From NCBI GenBank assembly GCA_038217285.1, contig JBBQPO010000001.1, forward strand, positions 1 to 64,000: a DNA stretch of 64,000 bases, in the 5' to 3' direction. The notes below the pieces were generated by a model that had not been told where the DNA came from, did no database searches, and saw only the letters and a list, made by a program, of their open reading frames with translations. Position numbers and translations under genes: made by a program. The first letter of the stretch is position 1. Each line of letters begins with the position of its first letter. The stretch is from Chthonomonadales bacterium (GTDB lineage Bacteria > Armatimonadota > Chthonomonadetes > Chthonomonadales > Chthonomonadaceae). This document shows positions 49,131 through 58,488 of the stretch, one piece after another.

Positions 49131-49242
49131 GGAGTGCTCCCTTCAGCAGGGCGGAGAGACGAATTAGCCGAAGGTCAGGCTTACTCTATAGACGAACTCC
49201 ACGGCACAAAGTTAGCACTTCGCCCCCAAATTTGACGCCTCG

Positions 49243-51432
49243 CTATTGCGCCGTGGGAAGCACGGGGTCCGCTTTGGAGAGGCGGCAGGCGCAGGCTTTG
49301 TACTCCGGGATTTTGGAGACAGGATCGAGCGCCGGGTTCGTCAGCAGATTGGCCGATTTCTCGTCGCCCCAATGGTAGGGAATGAACACCGTATCCTCGC
49401 GAATTGTCGCCACGATGCTCGCTTTCAGCGTCACCTGCCCCCGGCGGGTTTCCACCTTCACCCAGTCGCCGGGAACGAGGCCCAGTGGCTCCGCTAGCTT
49501 CGGGTGGATCTCCACGAGTGGCTCGGGGTACTGGTCCACCAGGCTGCCGATGCGCCGGGTCTGGGTGCCGCTCAGATACTGGCTGACGACGCGGCCCGTC
49601 GTGAGGACGACGGGATACTCCTCATCCGGCACCTCGGCAGGCGGACGAAATTCGACGGCGTTGAAATGCGCTTTTTTGTCCGGAGTGAAGAACTTACGGT
49701 CTTCAAAGAGGCGCGGGGTGCCGGGATGATCCAGATCTGGACAAGGCCAGAAGACCCCCTGTGTGCGCTCGATCTTGTCGTAGGTGATGCCGTAGTAGTC
49801 CGCCGTCCCGCCTTTGGAAGCCACTCGCAACTCGTTGAACATATCCTCGGCGGTCTTGTAGGGGAAGTACTGCCCGCGGCCCAGACGGTTCGCGATGTCG
49901 AGCAGGATGTGCCAGTCTACCCGCGCCTCCCCCGGCGGGTCTACGGCTTTGCGGATGCGAATGACACGCCCCTCCGCGCTCGTAGAGGTGCCTTCGTCCT
50001 CTTCGTGCAGGGAGCCCGGCAGGACAATATCGGCGTGACGGGCTGTCTCACTCATAAAGAAGTCGATGATCGTGTAGTGTTCGAGACGGTTGAACGCCTC
50101 CTTGGTGAAATCGGCGTCCGGAAGAGAGACGACGGGGTTGAAGCAGAGCGACAGCAGGCCCTTGATCTCCCCGGCATGCATCAACTGGATGATCTCCTGG
50201 GCGGTCGCGCCCTTGTGCGGCATCTCCGACTCGGCGATCTTCCAGACTTCGGCGATATAGCGACGATGCTCCATATTCTCGATGTCGCGATTGCCGGGCA
50301 ACTGATCGCACTTGTGCCCGTGCTCGCGGCCGCCCTGACCGTTGCCCTGCCCGGTGATGGTGGCATAACCGCATCCCGGCCTGCCGAGGCGCCCGGTCGC
50401 CAGCACCAGATTGATGCACGACAAGACGTTCTCGACACCTTTCGTGTGGTGTTCGATGCCGCGCGCGTGGAGCAGAAAACTGGTCTTCGCCGGTCCCCAC
50501 ATCTCGGCCGCCCGGACGATGAGGGCCGGATCTACGCCGGAGAGTTCGCCCGCGAACTCCGGGGTGTATTTCTCGACCGCCTTTTTGACCTCTTCAAAGC
50601 CGCTCGTGCAGTTGTCGATAAACTCCTGGTCGATCCACCCACGGGCGATGACGACGTGCAGAATGCCGTTCATAAGCGCGGAGTCGCCGCCGGGACGAAC
50701 GGGAATATAAAGGTCGGCGGTGCGGGCCATGGGCGTCATGCGGGGATCGATCATGATGAGCTTCGCGCCCCGATCCCGCGCCCGCCAGATGTAGTCGGTC
50801 GTGATGGGCGCGCACTCCGCCACGTTCGCCCCGGTCACGAGGATGACATCGGCCAGGGGAATATCGTCCCAGGAGTTCGCCGCGCGGTCTATCCCGAACG
50901 CCTTCTTGTTGCCTGCGCCGGCCGAAACCATGCAGAGGCGGCCGTTATAGTCCAGATGTTTCGTCTGCAGGGCGACACGGGCGAACTTGCCCGCCAGATA
51001 CGATTTCTCATTCGTGAGGGAGACGCCGGAGAGCATAGCGAACGCGTCTTTACCGAACTGCTGCTGGATGCGCTTGATCTCCGAGACGGTCGTATCGAGC
51101 GCTTCGTCCCAGGAGATCGGCTTGAAACCGGCGTCCGTGCGCTTCAATGGGTGCAGCAGACGGTCAGGATGCTCGTTCTGGAGATAGCGCTTGATGCCCT
51201 TGGGGCAGAGTTTGCCCTGGTTGAAGGGGAAATCTTCGCGCGGCTCGAAGCCGATGACCTTGTTGTTCTTGACTTTGAGGTTGATGCCGCACTGCTGCCC
51301 GCAGAAGCAGCAGTGGGTCGCGACGAGCTTATCCGGCTCCCCCTGATACTGCCAGCCGCCGGGCGGCGTATAGTTCAGGGTCGGGCCGTACTCCCGAATC
51401 AGTTCCTTTACGGACAACGGCGGTTTCGCCAT
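49243..51432 (-). CDS. Mo-bisPGD oxidoreductase catalytic subunit, nitrate reductase (Nas/Nap)-like
   Basis: HCCFCGQQC...LCPKG [4Fe-4S] motif, GRLCMVSA (Cys-Met ligand), [22 protein letters not shown]; no Tat signal; start MAKPP at 51432. Confidence 0.85.
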   Translation of the reverse strand: MAKPPLSVKELIREYGPTLNYTPPGGWQYQGEPDKLVATHCCFCGQQCGINLKVKNNKVIGFEPREDFPFNQGKLCPKGIKRYLQNEHPDRLLHPLKRTDAGFKPISWDEALDTTVSEIKRIQQQFGKDAFAMLSGVSLTNEKSYLAGKFARVALQTKHLDYNGRLCMVSAGAGNKKAFGIDRAANSWDDIPLADVILVTGANVAECAPITTDYIWRARDRGAKLIMIDPRMTPMARTADLYIPVRPGGDSALMNGILHVVIARGWIDQEFIDNCTSGFEEVKKAVEKYTPEFAGELSGVDPALIVRAAEMWGPAKTSFLLHARGIEHHTKGVENVLSCINLVLATGRLGRPGCGYATITGQGNGQGGREHGHKCDQLPGNRDIENMEHRRYIAEVWKIAESEMPHKGATAQEIIQLMHAGEIKGLLSLCFNPVVSLPDADFTKEAFNRLEHYTIIDFFMSETARHADIVLPGSLHEEDEGTSTSAEGRVIRIRKAVDPPGEARVDWHILLDIANRLGRGQYFPYKTAEDMFNELRVASKGGTADYYGITYDKIERTQGVFWPCPDLDHPGTPRLFEDRKFFTPDKKAHFNAVEFRPPAEVPDEEYPVVLTTGRVVSQYLSGTQTRRIGSLVDQYPEPLVEIHPKLAEPLGLVPGDWVKVETRRGQVTLKASIVATIREDTVFIPYHWGDEKSANLLTNPALDPVSKIPEYKACACRLSKADPVLPTAQ

Positions 51433-51547
51433 AGTTCCCACGACCTTTCTACTCTTGGGAGGCAGGCGGCTGAAACCGGCTCCGCCTTGCACGAACCTGT
51501 CGGGAAATCGAGAACCATCCTATCGACGTCCCGCTTCCCACTGCGAC

Positions 51548-52588
51548 CTATAAAAAGCCTGGACCGCCGATGGCTTCCAACTGATTGACGGCGAGCATTT
51601 TACGCCGGCAGGTCGGGCAGATGTCCTGATAATGCGTTCCGTCTTCGTAGGTATAGTCCATTCCCAGTTCACCGAGCACCTGTTTCAGATCGGTAACCTG
51701 CAGCAGGGAGGCGAACGTCTCCCCGCACCGCCCGCACGGCGCCTGCGCCGTCTCCGCGCCCTCCTCCTTGTAGTACTGCACTCCCAGATTGGCGGGACGC
51801 TGGAAGATATGGAAGAACTTGCCGAACGGCAGATAGAGCAGCAGCAGGATGACGCTGTAGGCATGGAGCAGGGAGATGAAACTGTAGGAGTGACCGCGCA
51901 TCCAGGTGGCGCTGGCCGTCATCATCAGCCCAGTGATACAGACCGCAACGAGCAGGATAAGCGGCAGGAAGTCCATCGAGAACGACTGCAGGGTCATCGC
52001 GCCCTTGTCGTACATACGACGCCGAAACACCAGCGCCATGCCGACGATGATGGCGATGGCGCAGAAGTCCAGAATATGGAAGGTGACCCAGCCGACCAGC
52101 GAGTCCGCCGGGAAGACGCCTGCCGGAATCCCGAAGACCATCGCCTGATACATGGCGGGATCGCTTGGAGAGGCTTCGAAGTGGATCCAGCCGAAGACCA
52201 GTGGGAACGTCACCGCGAACGCGATGAGGCAGCCCCACGACATCAAGAAGTGCGCCGCCCAACGCAGATGGCTGCGCCGCGCAATGAAGAGCTGCAGCAC
52301 GAAATTGGTGACGAACATCTTCATCAGGTGCTGCAGGTTTTTCGGCAGGTGGGCGGGCCGCAGGAAAAGCTGCCAGCCACGCCGCCAGTAGAGCCGGGTC
52401 GGCGGCTTTTGCAGCCAGATCGAATAGCGGTAGACGATCCCGAAGGTCGCAAAAACGGTCGCGCTGGTATAGGCGATCAAGGCAGGATCGAAGTACCGAA
52501 GCCTGCCGGAGCCGAAGTAGATGCCCAGGACCAGTAACAACGAGGCGATGATTCCATTGAGGATGGCTTTACGATCCAGGGGGTGCAT
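51548..52588 (-). CDS. Integral membrane subunit (NarI-like, His-containing) with C-terminal CxxC...CxxC
   Basis: RWAAHFLMSWG, SLLHAYSV, LPFGKFFHIFQRPA, CGRCG...CPTC. Confidence 0.7.
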   Translation of the reverse strand: MHPLDRKAILNGIIASLLLVLGIYFGSGRLRYFDPALIAYTSATVFATFGIVYRYSIWLQKPPTRLYWRRGWQLFLRPAHLPKNLQHLMKMFVTNFVLQLFIARRSHLRWAAHFLMSWGCLIAFAVTFPLVFGWIHFEASPSDPAMYQAMVFGIPAGVFPADSLVGWVTFHILDFCAIAIIVGMALVFRRRMYDKGAMTLQSFSMDFLPLILLVAVCITGLMMTASATWMRGHSYSFISLLHAYSVILLLLYLPFGKFFHIFQRPANLGVQYYKEEGAETAQAPCGRCGETFASLLQVTDLKQVLGELGMDYTYEDGTHYQDICPTCRRKMLAVNQLEAIGGPGFL

Positions 52589-53687
52589 CAGGACGGCCTA
52601 ACCCTTTCTTGACATCTCCCAACGCCGCCGGGAGCGTCCACGACTGCCCTATCCCGCGCACAAGCGAGCGGACCAGGCCAAACATGGTGATCGCCCAGGC
52701 CGTCAGCGCTAGCCAGGCAAAGACGGCTGAAATCTGCTGCAGCGGCGCAATATGCATGACGACGGACACCCGGTAGGTGGCCACAGAGTACATTCCCAGA
52801 GGAAAGACCAGGCTCCAGTAGGCCGGATGATAGGTCACCGGAACTCTACATATCAGATGACGCCATATCCCATAGATGACAAGCATCGGCACCCACCAAC
52901 TGCTCCAGGCCAGGAGAAGCAGAGAGACGCCTCTCAGCATAGGCTCCAGCGACGCGAGCAGCGGCGAGGAGGGTGCGGCCGCCAGGAGATTGACGCCTGC
53001 CAGCGTGCTGATCGCGGTAGCGCCCAGAATGATCCAGTTGGGTGGCAGCATCTCGCCCAGATCGAGATGGGCAAAGAAGAGGCGGTAGACAATCAGCGTG
53101 ATAAAGATGCTATAGAGTGCCACGCCGATCCCCCAGAGTCCGTACAGCAAAAGGAGGACCATCTCCGTGTTTCCACCAAAACCCGGAGCCAACAGTGCGC
53201 CAAGGACCGTGACGGACTGCATTCCGACGATCAGGATCAGCCAGCTTGAGTTCACCGCTTCCGCCAGGGGCCGGGTGTTGACGAATGTCAGAGTGCTGAA
53301 ACAGAAGTATGCCAGAACCATACTGCCTACGAAGGCAACGATCCAGAGCGTCAGCGCGGGCGCCCTATAGCCTCGCAACAGGAACTGAATACCCAGCACA
53401 TCGCTCGCTGCCACAAAGGTAAAAAACGTAAACATCGTCGGCGCACCGATCAGATCTGCCCACAGTTTCGCCCCGAAGCGGAGGGCGCGGTACACGGTAG
53501 CGGCAATCAGCACGGGGTACAGGATCAGATTGATCCAGAAGAGCCATTGCGAGATGTCGCGCATTTTGAGAAAAAAGAGCGCGGTGGACACAATTCCGGT
53601 CGCCATGACCATCGAAAAGTAACTGGAATTCATCTTTTCGTTCGCGGCGGAGGCCCTGTCGGTCAGGCGTTGAATCAAAGCAGTCAC
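52569..53687 (-). CDS. TDT/SLAC1-family anion transporter
   Basis: YFSMVMATGIVS, PPNWIILGATAISTLAG, YWSLVFPLGMY. Confidence 0.88.
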   Translation of the reverse strand: MTALIQRLTDRASAANEKMNSSYFSMVMATGIVSTALFFLKMRDISQWLFWINLILYPVLIAATVYRALRFGAKLWADLIGAPTMFTFFTFVAASDVLGIQFLLRGYRAPALTLWIVAFVGSMVLAYFCFSTLTFVNTRPLAEAVNSSWLILIVGMQSVTVLGALLAPGFGGNTEMVLLLLYGLWGIGVALYSIFITLIVYRLFFAHLDLGEMLPPNWIILGATAISTLAGVNLLAAAPSSPLLASLEPMLRGVSLLLLAWSSWWVPMLVIYGIWRHLICRVPVTYHPAYWSLVFPLGMYSVATYRVSVVMHIAPLQQISAVFAWLALTAWAITMFGLVRSLVRGIGQSWTLPAALGDVKKGLGRPDAPPGS

Positions 53688-53700
53688 GTGTTTGCGTTCC

Positions 53701-53943
53701 TCATCTGTCGCTGCGATCCAGGTGGACCAGGTAGTGGAGCAGCCAGAGGTTCAGGAGGAAGCAGACGCCGGAGGCGCCGAATGTGGGCAGCGCCAGCGCG
53801 GTATGCGCCGCCATAAACTCCTCCAGCGCGATGTTCAGCAGCCAGAGCTGGATCAGCAGAACGGCGAGGATGAGCGCCATCAGGGTCAGGATACCCTGGG
53901 TGCGCTGCTCCAGTTTCGCCAGGCGGGGATCGATCCGTCTCAT
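53701..53943 (-). CDS. Small two-helix membrane protein (DUF6755-like)
   Basis: 80 aa, LLIQLWLLNIALE...SGVCFLLNLWL; ATGA-coupled to the Rieske gene. Confidence 0.65.
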   Translation of the reverse strand: MRRIDPRLAKLEQRTQGILTLMALILAVLLIQLWLLNIALEEFMAAHTALALPTFGASGVCFLLNLWLLHYLVHLDRSDR

Positions 53944-54434
53944 GCGCCCTGTACTCCTACGGCAAAAATCTGCTCGCCCTCGGTCTTCAGCAGAATGCGC
54001 GGCAGCGGTCGCGGCGGCGGGCCTTCCAGAACGTTCCCGGTCGTCGCATCGAAGGCCCCGTTGTGGCAGGGGCACTCCAGGCGATTGGTATTGGCGGCGA
54101 AATGGACGGGGCAACTGAGATGCGTACAGCGCTGCAGATAGGCGACATGCTCTCCACTCGCGAGACGGATGAGGAGGGCGGGTGAGTCCGCATCCGGGTA
54201 GCGAAACAGTTTAACCTGACCGGCCGTCAGCTCATCTGTCCGTGCAATCGGCTGCCGTGCGAACTTTTCCAGGTGCTGCCGATAGTGCTGCAGGACGAAG
54301 TAGCCGTTGCCCAGGAAGGTCGCGCCAGAGATCAGCACCAGAAATTTGGTAAACTCGCGGCGCGTGACGTAGTTGTCCGCGCCCCATTCGATGGGGAAAT
54401 CTTCGCGCCATTTCGGCGTCATCTCGTCGCTCAC
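53940..54434 (-). CDS. Membrane-anchored Rieske [2Fe-2S] protein
   Basis: Tat-like TRREF followed by a TM segment; CTHLSC...CPCHNG. Confidence 0.9.
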   Translation of the reverse strand: MSDEMTPKWREDFPIEWGADNYVTRREFTKFLVLISGATFLGNGYFVLQHYRQHLEKFARQPIARTDELTAGQVKLFRYPDADSPALLIRLASGEHVAYLQRCTHLSCPVHFAANTNRLECPCHNGAFDATTGNVLEGPPPRPLPRILLKTEGEQIFAVGVQGA

Positions 54435-55042
54435 AGCGCATTCTCCTTCCGCTCCGTCGTCCGAATGTCCGTCAGGCGAATATCTATCTGGGGCCTGGCG
54501 CTGCTTCCGGCGGCATCCGCGCTCTCCGGCATCACCATGTAGACGTTGGTACGGACGGTCTGCCTGCCGAACTTCCAGGTGTTGACCGGTGTGCCGCGCC
54601 GACGCTTTTTGAACTCCTCCGGCGACCCAAAATAGAGGGCCTCAGACGGGCAGACGGTCGCGCACATGGGCCGTTTCCCAACGGAAGTGCGGTCGTAACA
54701 CATATCGCACTTCATCATCTGATCGGGCTCGGCGAGGTACTTGGGGACTCCGAAGGGGCAGGCAAGCACACAGTTCTGGCAGCCGATGCAGCGCGGCTTG
54801 AGGGAGGACTGCACAACGCCGTCGGGCATCTGCTTGATCGCATCTGCCGGGCAGACCTGGGCGCATGTCGGATTTTCACAGTGCATGCAGACCTGCGGGG
54901 TAGTCTGCACGGTTTCCGCGCGGTTGATATATTCCAGATGGATCAGAGAGACACCACGATGCGTGTCACACTCGCCACACGCATGCACACACGCCTGACA
55001 ACCGATGCAGCGAGCGGGATCGATGATAAAGACATTCTCCAA
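54431..55042 (-). CDS. 4Fe-4S dicluster (DmsB/NrfC-like) electron-transfer subunit
   Basis: [42 protein letters not shown]...CATVCP. Confidence 0.92.
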   Translation of the reverse strand: MENVFIIDPARCIGCQACVHACGECDTHRGVSLIHLEYINRAETVQTTPQVCMHCENPTCAQVCPADAIKQMPDGVVQSSLKPRCIGCQNCVLACPFGVPKYLAEPDQMMKCDMCYDRTSVGKRPMCATVCPSEALYFGSPEEFKKRRRGTPVNTWKFGRQTVRTNVYMVMPESADAAGSSARPQIDIRLTDIRTTERKENAL

Positions 55043-55314
55043 CGCGTCACCTCTTTATGGCGCTGACGGCTCCAGGTTTCATCCTGCCGGGATGCCTGCG
55101 GAAAAGATATCAGACTGCTTAAAGGCAGCCCTTGTTCTATAACCTTAGATATACCCCATTTTCCTCCTTATTATAACCTTCAATGGTCCCGCACCGCATC
55201 CCCTAAATGGCGGGTTGTGCTTCAAACCGGCTGCATTTCACCCCATTTCGATTGCCAAATCCAGGCCGCTCCTTGATCTCCTTGAGGAGCGGCCGTGGGG
55301 GTGCGATACCCGTA

Positions 55315-56058
55315 TCAATTTCCGCGCTTCTGTGCGGGGCAGGCTGTGGACAGTTCTGCTTCGCGCGCCTCCGCTCTGGGAAACAGGATACTGTTCTCTT
55401 TATGCACGTGCCGGTGCGTATCGGCTTCCAACTCGGCAAGCCCATCGAGCATCACGCGGTAAGTGGCGCAGCCGCCTTCGGGAAGTGTGAATCCGTTGGT
55501 CAGGCGACGCATGGTCTCCAGCGCCGCTCCTGCCGCCTCGTGTTCCTTTTCCAACACGCGGATCGAACTGCCTATTGCGGCAGAAGGGGAGGCAGGCAGC
55601 GTCTCTACCCGTTCCAGACGATCAATGTAGGGAAAGAACACCTTCTCTTCCTCTTGCGTATGCGACTCCATTTCGGCCCGAAACCCCGCGAAAATAGTGG
55701 CGAGTTCGACCAGTTCCGGATGTCGCTGTGCATGGACATCGCGGACCTTTTGAGTCAGGAAGCTCAGGCGCGGGAGCGCTTCGCGCAGATAGGCATGATG
55801 GGTCGTGAGGATGTCTGCGATGAGTTCGGAAAGCCGCGCCGTCCTCCAGTCCCTGCGGTCACCGCGTTCTTCCGTGCCTTCGGCCTGGAGATCACGCAGG
55901 ATGGCGTCGAGGGCGCCCGACTTGCCCACACAGGCCGCTTCCAGCCGTTGTTTGCCTCCACAGCAGTAGTCGATCCCCCAGTGTTCAAACAGACGGGCGC
56001 GAGACGGGCGCTCCGCGACCAGACCTCCCACCGTTTGCTGCAATAGTTCGGCGTTCAT
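55315..56058 (-). CDS. ric: Iron-sulfur cluster repair di-iron protein
   Basis: GIDYCCGG, HHAYLR, HTQEEE, EHEAAG, HVHKENSILFP; likely start MNAEL at 56058. Confidence 0.93.
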   Translation of the reverse strand: MNAELLQQTVGGLVAERPSRARLFEHWGIDYCCGGKQRLEAACVGKSGALDAILRDLQAEGTEERGDRRDWRTARLSELIADILTTHHAYLREALPRLSFLTQKVRDVHAQRHPELVELATIFAGFRAEMESHTQEEEKVFFPYIDRLERVETLPASPSAAIGSSIRVLEKEHEAAGAALETMRRLTNGFTLPEGGCATYRVMLDGLAELEADTHRHVHKENSILFPRAEAREAELSTACPAQKRGN

Positions 56059-56103
56059 TAGACTCTCTTCTCTGTTCCAGGAATCCAGGAATTCCCGCCG
56101 GAA

Positions 56104-56165
56104 CGTTAATTGGATATACATGTCCAATTAACGATACTGTACCGCTCGTCTTTCTCGACTGTCAA
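56104..56165 (-). promoter_or_regulatory. ric promoter with palindromic operator
   Basis: TTGACA (56165-56160)-18 bp-TACAGT; palindrome CGTTAATTGGA-N8-TCCAATTAACG at 56104-56133. Confidence 0.65.
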
Positions 56166-56232
56166 GCCAAATGCCGTAAAGCAGGCCACAATCCGCCATT
56201 CGGGGGATAAAACAGACCTCTTTTCCTGAGAC

Positions 56233-56267
56233 AAAAAAAGAACCTACAGCCTGTGACTGTAGGTTCT
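56233..56267 (-). terminator. Intrinsic terminator downstream of tRNA-Asn
   Basis: AGAACCTACAG-7 nt-CTGTAGGTTCT followed by a T-run on the minus strand. Confidence 0.85.
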
Positions 56268-56293
56268 CGATCATGGCCATTTTATGGCCTATA

Positions 56294-56365
56294 CTCCCTG
56301 TGATGGGCTCGAACCATCAACATTTCGGTTAACAGCCGAACGCTCTACCATTGAGCTAACAGGGA
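56294..56365 (-). tRNA. tRNA-Asn(GTT)
   Basis: TCCCTGTTAGCTCAATGGTAGAGCG-TTCGG-CTGTTAA-CCGAA...GGTTCGAGCCC...CAGGGAG cloverleaf; CCA not encoded. Confidence 0.96.
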
Positions 56366-56407
56366 TCACGCATTAGAAAAGGAGTCGTTAACTCCTCCAA
56401 CACACCA

Positions 56408-56436
56408 ATTATACTCAAAACATGCCAACCTGTCAA
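56408..56436 (-). promoter_or_regulatory. Consensus sigma70 promoter of tRNA-Asn
   Basis: Perfect TTGACA-17 bp-TATAAT. Confidence 0.85.
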
Positions 56437-56708
56437 GGCTTCTGCCTGCTCTTTAAGCCGCTTTTCCACATTTGCCCATCGGCCTGCCTTTTACCAGAGA
56501 AGACATGCCAAGGGGGACTGCACCTAATGCTCTTTGACATTCTATTTCGGTAACTCTAATGGCACCGCCGAACTGGCATGGAATGTTGAGCCGCAGAGGA
56601 TAACTTCCTTTCTGCCTGACTCCTTGCATATTCGAGAGAAAGTAGAAAATTCCTCCTAAAGAACAGAAATTATTTCAGCGGATGATCAGAAGGTTGAGAC
56701 GCACGTTC

Positions 56709-57395
56709 CTACTCCGCGCGCATGGCATTGAACAGCGTCTCCAGGAGCGTGTCGTCGAGGCGGTTCCGCATCTGTGGCGCGATGCAGGGCATACCGTAAG
56801 AGAGGGTCGCGTCGCCGTACCCGTTGACGGCGCGCACGTCCAGGTTCAGGTCGGCAAACGCGATGCCATCGTCCGCAGTCTCCGCCAGAATCGCGCCGAT
56901 CAAACCGATGATCATGCTTGGCGGGGTGATCGAAGCCGCGACGAAGTAGAGGCCATTGTCGAGCGCGCGCGTCCGCCAGGTGATCGGTTTGCCGCCGGCG
57001 ACCGGCAGGAACAGAATTTCGGCGCCCTGGTGCGCGAAGCTGCGCGCCACTTCAGGGAAAAACTCGTCGTAGCAGATGTGAATTGCGATGCGCCCGAAGT
57101 CGAGATCGAAGAGAGGATAGGCGCTGCCGCAGGAGAAGCCCTGCTGCAGTTCGCCGAACGTGGGGTGCGTCTTGTCGTACTGCCCCAGGAACCGGCCCTC
57201 GCGGTCGAAGAGGACGGCCGTATTGAACAGGTAGTCTCCCCGCCGCTCGATTACGCCTGCCAGGACGTACATTCGATGCTGTCGCGCCTTCTTGGAGAGG
57301 AGCGCGCCTGTCGGCCCGCCCGGAACGGCTTCGGCGACCTCCCAGTAGGATCCGTACACGTCGCGCGCAACACCGATGATCGGACTGTACTCTAA
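56709..57395 (-). pseudogene. Carbon-nitrogen hydrolase (nitrilase family), 5'-truncated
   Basis: FNTAVLFD, YDKTH, ICYDEFFPE, RALDN are present; the N-terminal strand/helix before the catalytic Glu is missing. Confidence 0.75.
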
Positions 57396-57651
57396 ACGGA
57401 ACCGCATGTGCCAGATGCTTGTCCCAGTCGCATCCCTGAATAAATCCGATGTCTACCTTCTCCGCCAACTCCTCGACGGTCCCACAACGGGCTTCCAGAT
57501 CGTGATGGCGAAGGAACGCCTCCACTTCGTCGTCGCCGCGAAAGCCGTCGTTGTAGACGGCGACATAGCGTGCCCGGCCGCCCTGTTCCAGCGTGCGGGC
57601 GAAAGCCAGAGGATGCGAGGTATCCAGGTTGACAACGCCGATGCGAATCAC
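57396..57651 (-). pseudogene. Gfo/Idh/MocA oxidoreductase, N-terminal fragment
   Basis: MIRIGVVNLDTSHP...DWDKHLAHAVPF, then similarity is lost abruptly at about 57395. Confidence 0.7.
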
Positions 57652-57667
57652 GGGGCTGAACTCCTCG

Positions 57668-58459
57668 TCACGGTGCGGCTGGCTCGTCTAAATCGGTGCA
57701 GTTCGCCAGCGAGGTTCCATAGGCGTCCCCGATCCCCAGCAGTTGTTGCATCACACGGGTTTTCGCTTGTGCGAGCGTCTGCTCGGTAGGGGCGTAGCCG
57801 GTCCATACCTTCATCCAGAAGTGGCCATAGTTATAGATCAGGGCGCGACGCGGGGATTCGGTGCGGTTATTGAGCGCGGCGTGATAGATGCGCCCATTGA
57901 ACAGATAGGCCGTTCCCGCAGAATAGGCCAAACTGACATGGCCCGGCATCTCGTCGGGATTTTCGACATTGGGCAGCGCGAAATCGTTGGGGAAGCGGTG
58001 CGAGCCGGGAATTACGGCGGTTCCACCCCCTCCTTCCGGCACATCGCTGAGCAGATAGAAGGCTTTGACCATCAGCGTAGAACGTGGATGATAGACACCC
58101 GCCTGCCCGACATCGTGATGCCAATGGGCATGGCTCCGGGTCTGGGGCAGAGTAATGAAATAGTCGTTGTCGATCATGGAGATGTCATCGCCGAGCAGCT
58201 CCCACGCGATGGGGAAGACCTTCGGATGCGCCAGAAGGTTGAGCAGGACCGGATCGTACTCGATGGGAGCCAGCACCTGTTCGAGATTGGGTCCGCGACT
58301 GCCGGGTCGGGTCGGGTCGGCGCGCCAGAGCGCCTCGGCGCGATCCGCAGCCTTGCGCACGGCTGTCAGCTCCACCGGCGAAAGCGCGTTCGGGATCACA
58401 AGATAGCCGTTCGCCTCAAAGCAAAGCCGCTGCTCGTCGGTCATTACGCGGACAGGCAT
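57668..58459 (-). CDS. Phytanoyl-CoA dioxygenase (PhyH) family Fe/2OG dioxygenase
   Basis: FEANGYLVIPNAL, WHHD (HxD), IPGSH, IYHAA, RRALI; start MPVRV at 58459. Confidence 0.9.
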   Translation of the reverse strand: MPVRVMTDEQRLCFEANGYLVIPNALSPVELTAVRKAADRAEALWRADPTRPGSRGPNLEQVLAPIEYDPVLLNLLAHPKVFPIAWELLGDDISMIDNDYFITLPQTRSHAHWHHDVGQAGVYHPRSTLMVKAFYLLSDVPEGGGGTAVIPGSHRFPNDFALPNVENPDEMPGHVSLAYSAGTAYLFNGRIYHAALNNRTESPRRALIYNYGHFWMKVWTGYAPTEQTLAQAKTRVMQQLLGIGDAYGTSLANCTDLDEPAAP

Positions 58460-58488
58460 CGATTCTCTCCTTCCTCCGGAACTCGGCA

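Noticed and set aside
55138-55180. Mini-ORF MGYI* with TAAGGAGG and a TATAACCTT direct repeat upstream of the molybdoenzyme operon
   Set aside because: SD-ATG spacing is only 3 nt and the SD overlaps a TATAAT; too short to distinguish from promoter sequence or chance.
56294-56365. tRNA-Asn as an island integration site
   Set aside because: No integrase nearby, I noticed no duplicated tRNA 3' end in the window, and the native terminator is intact.
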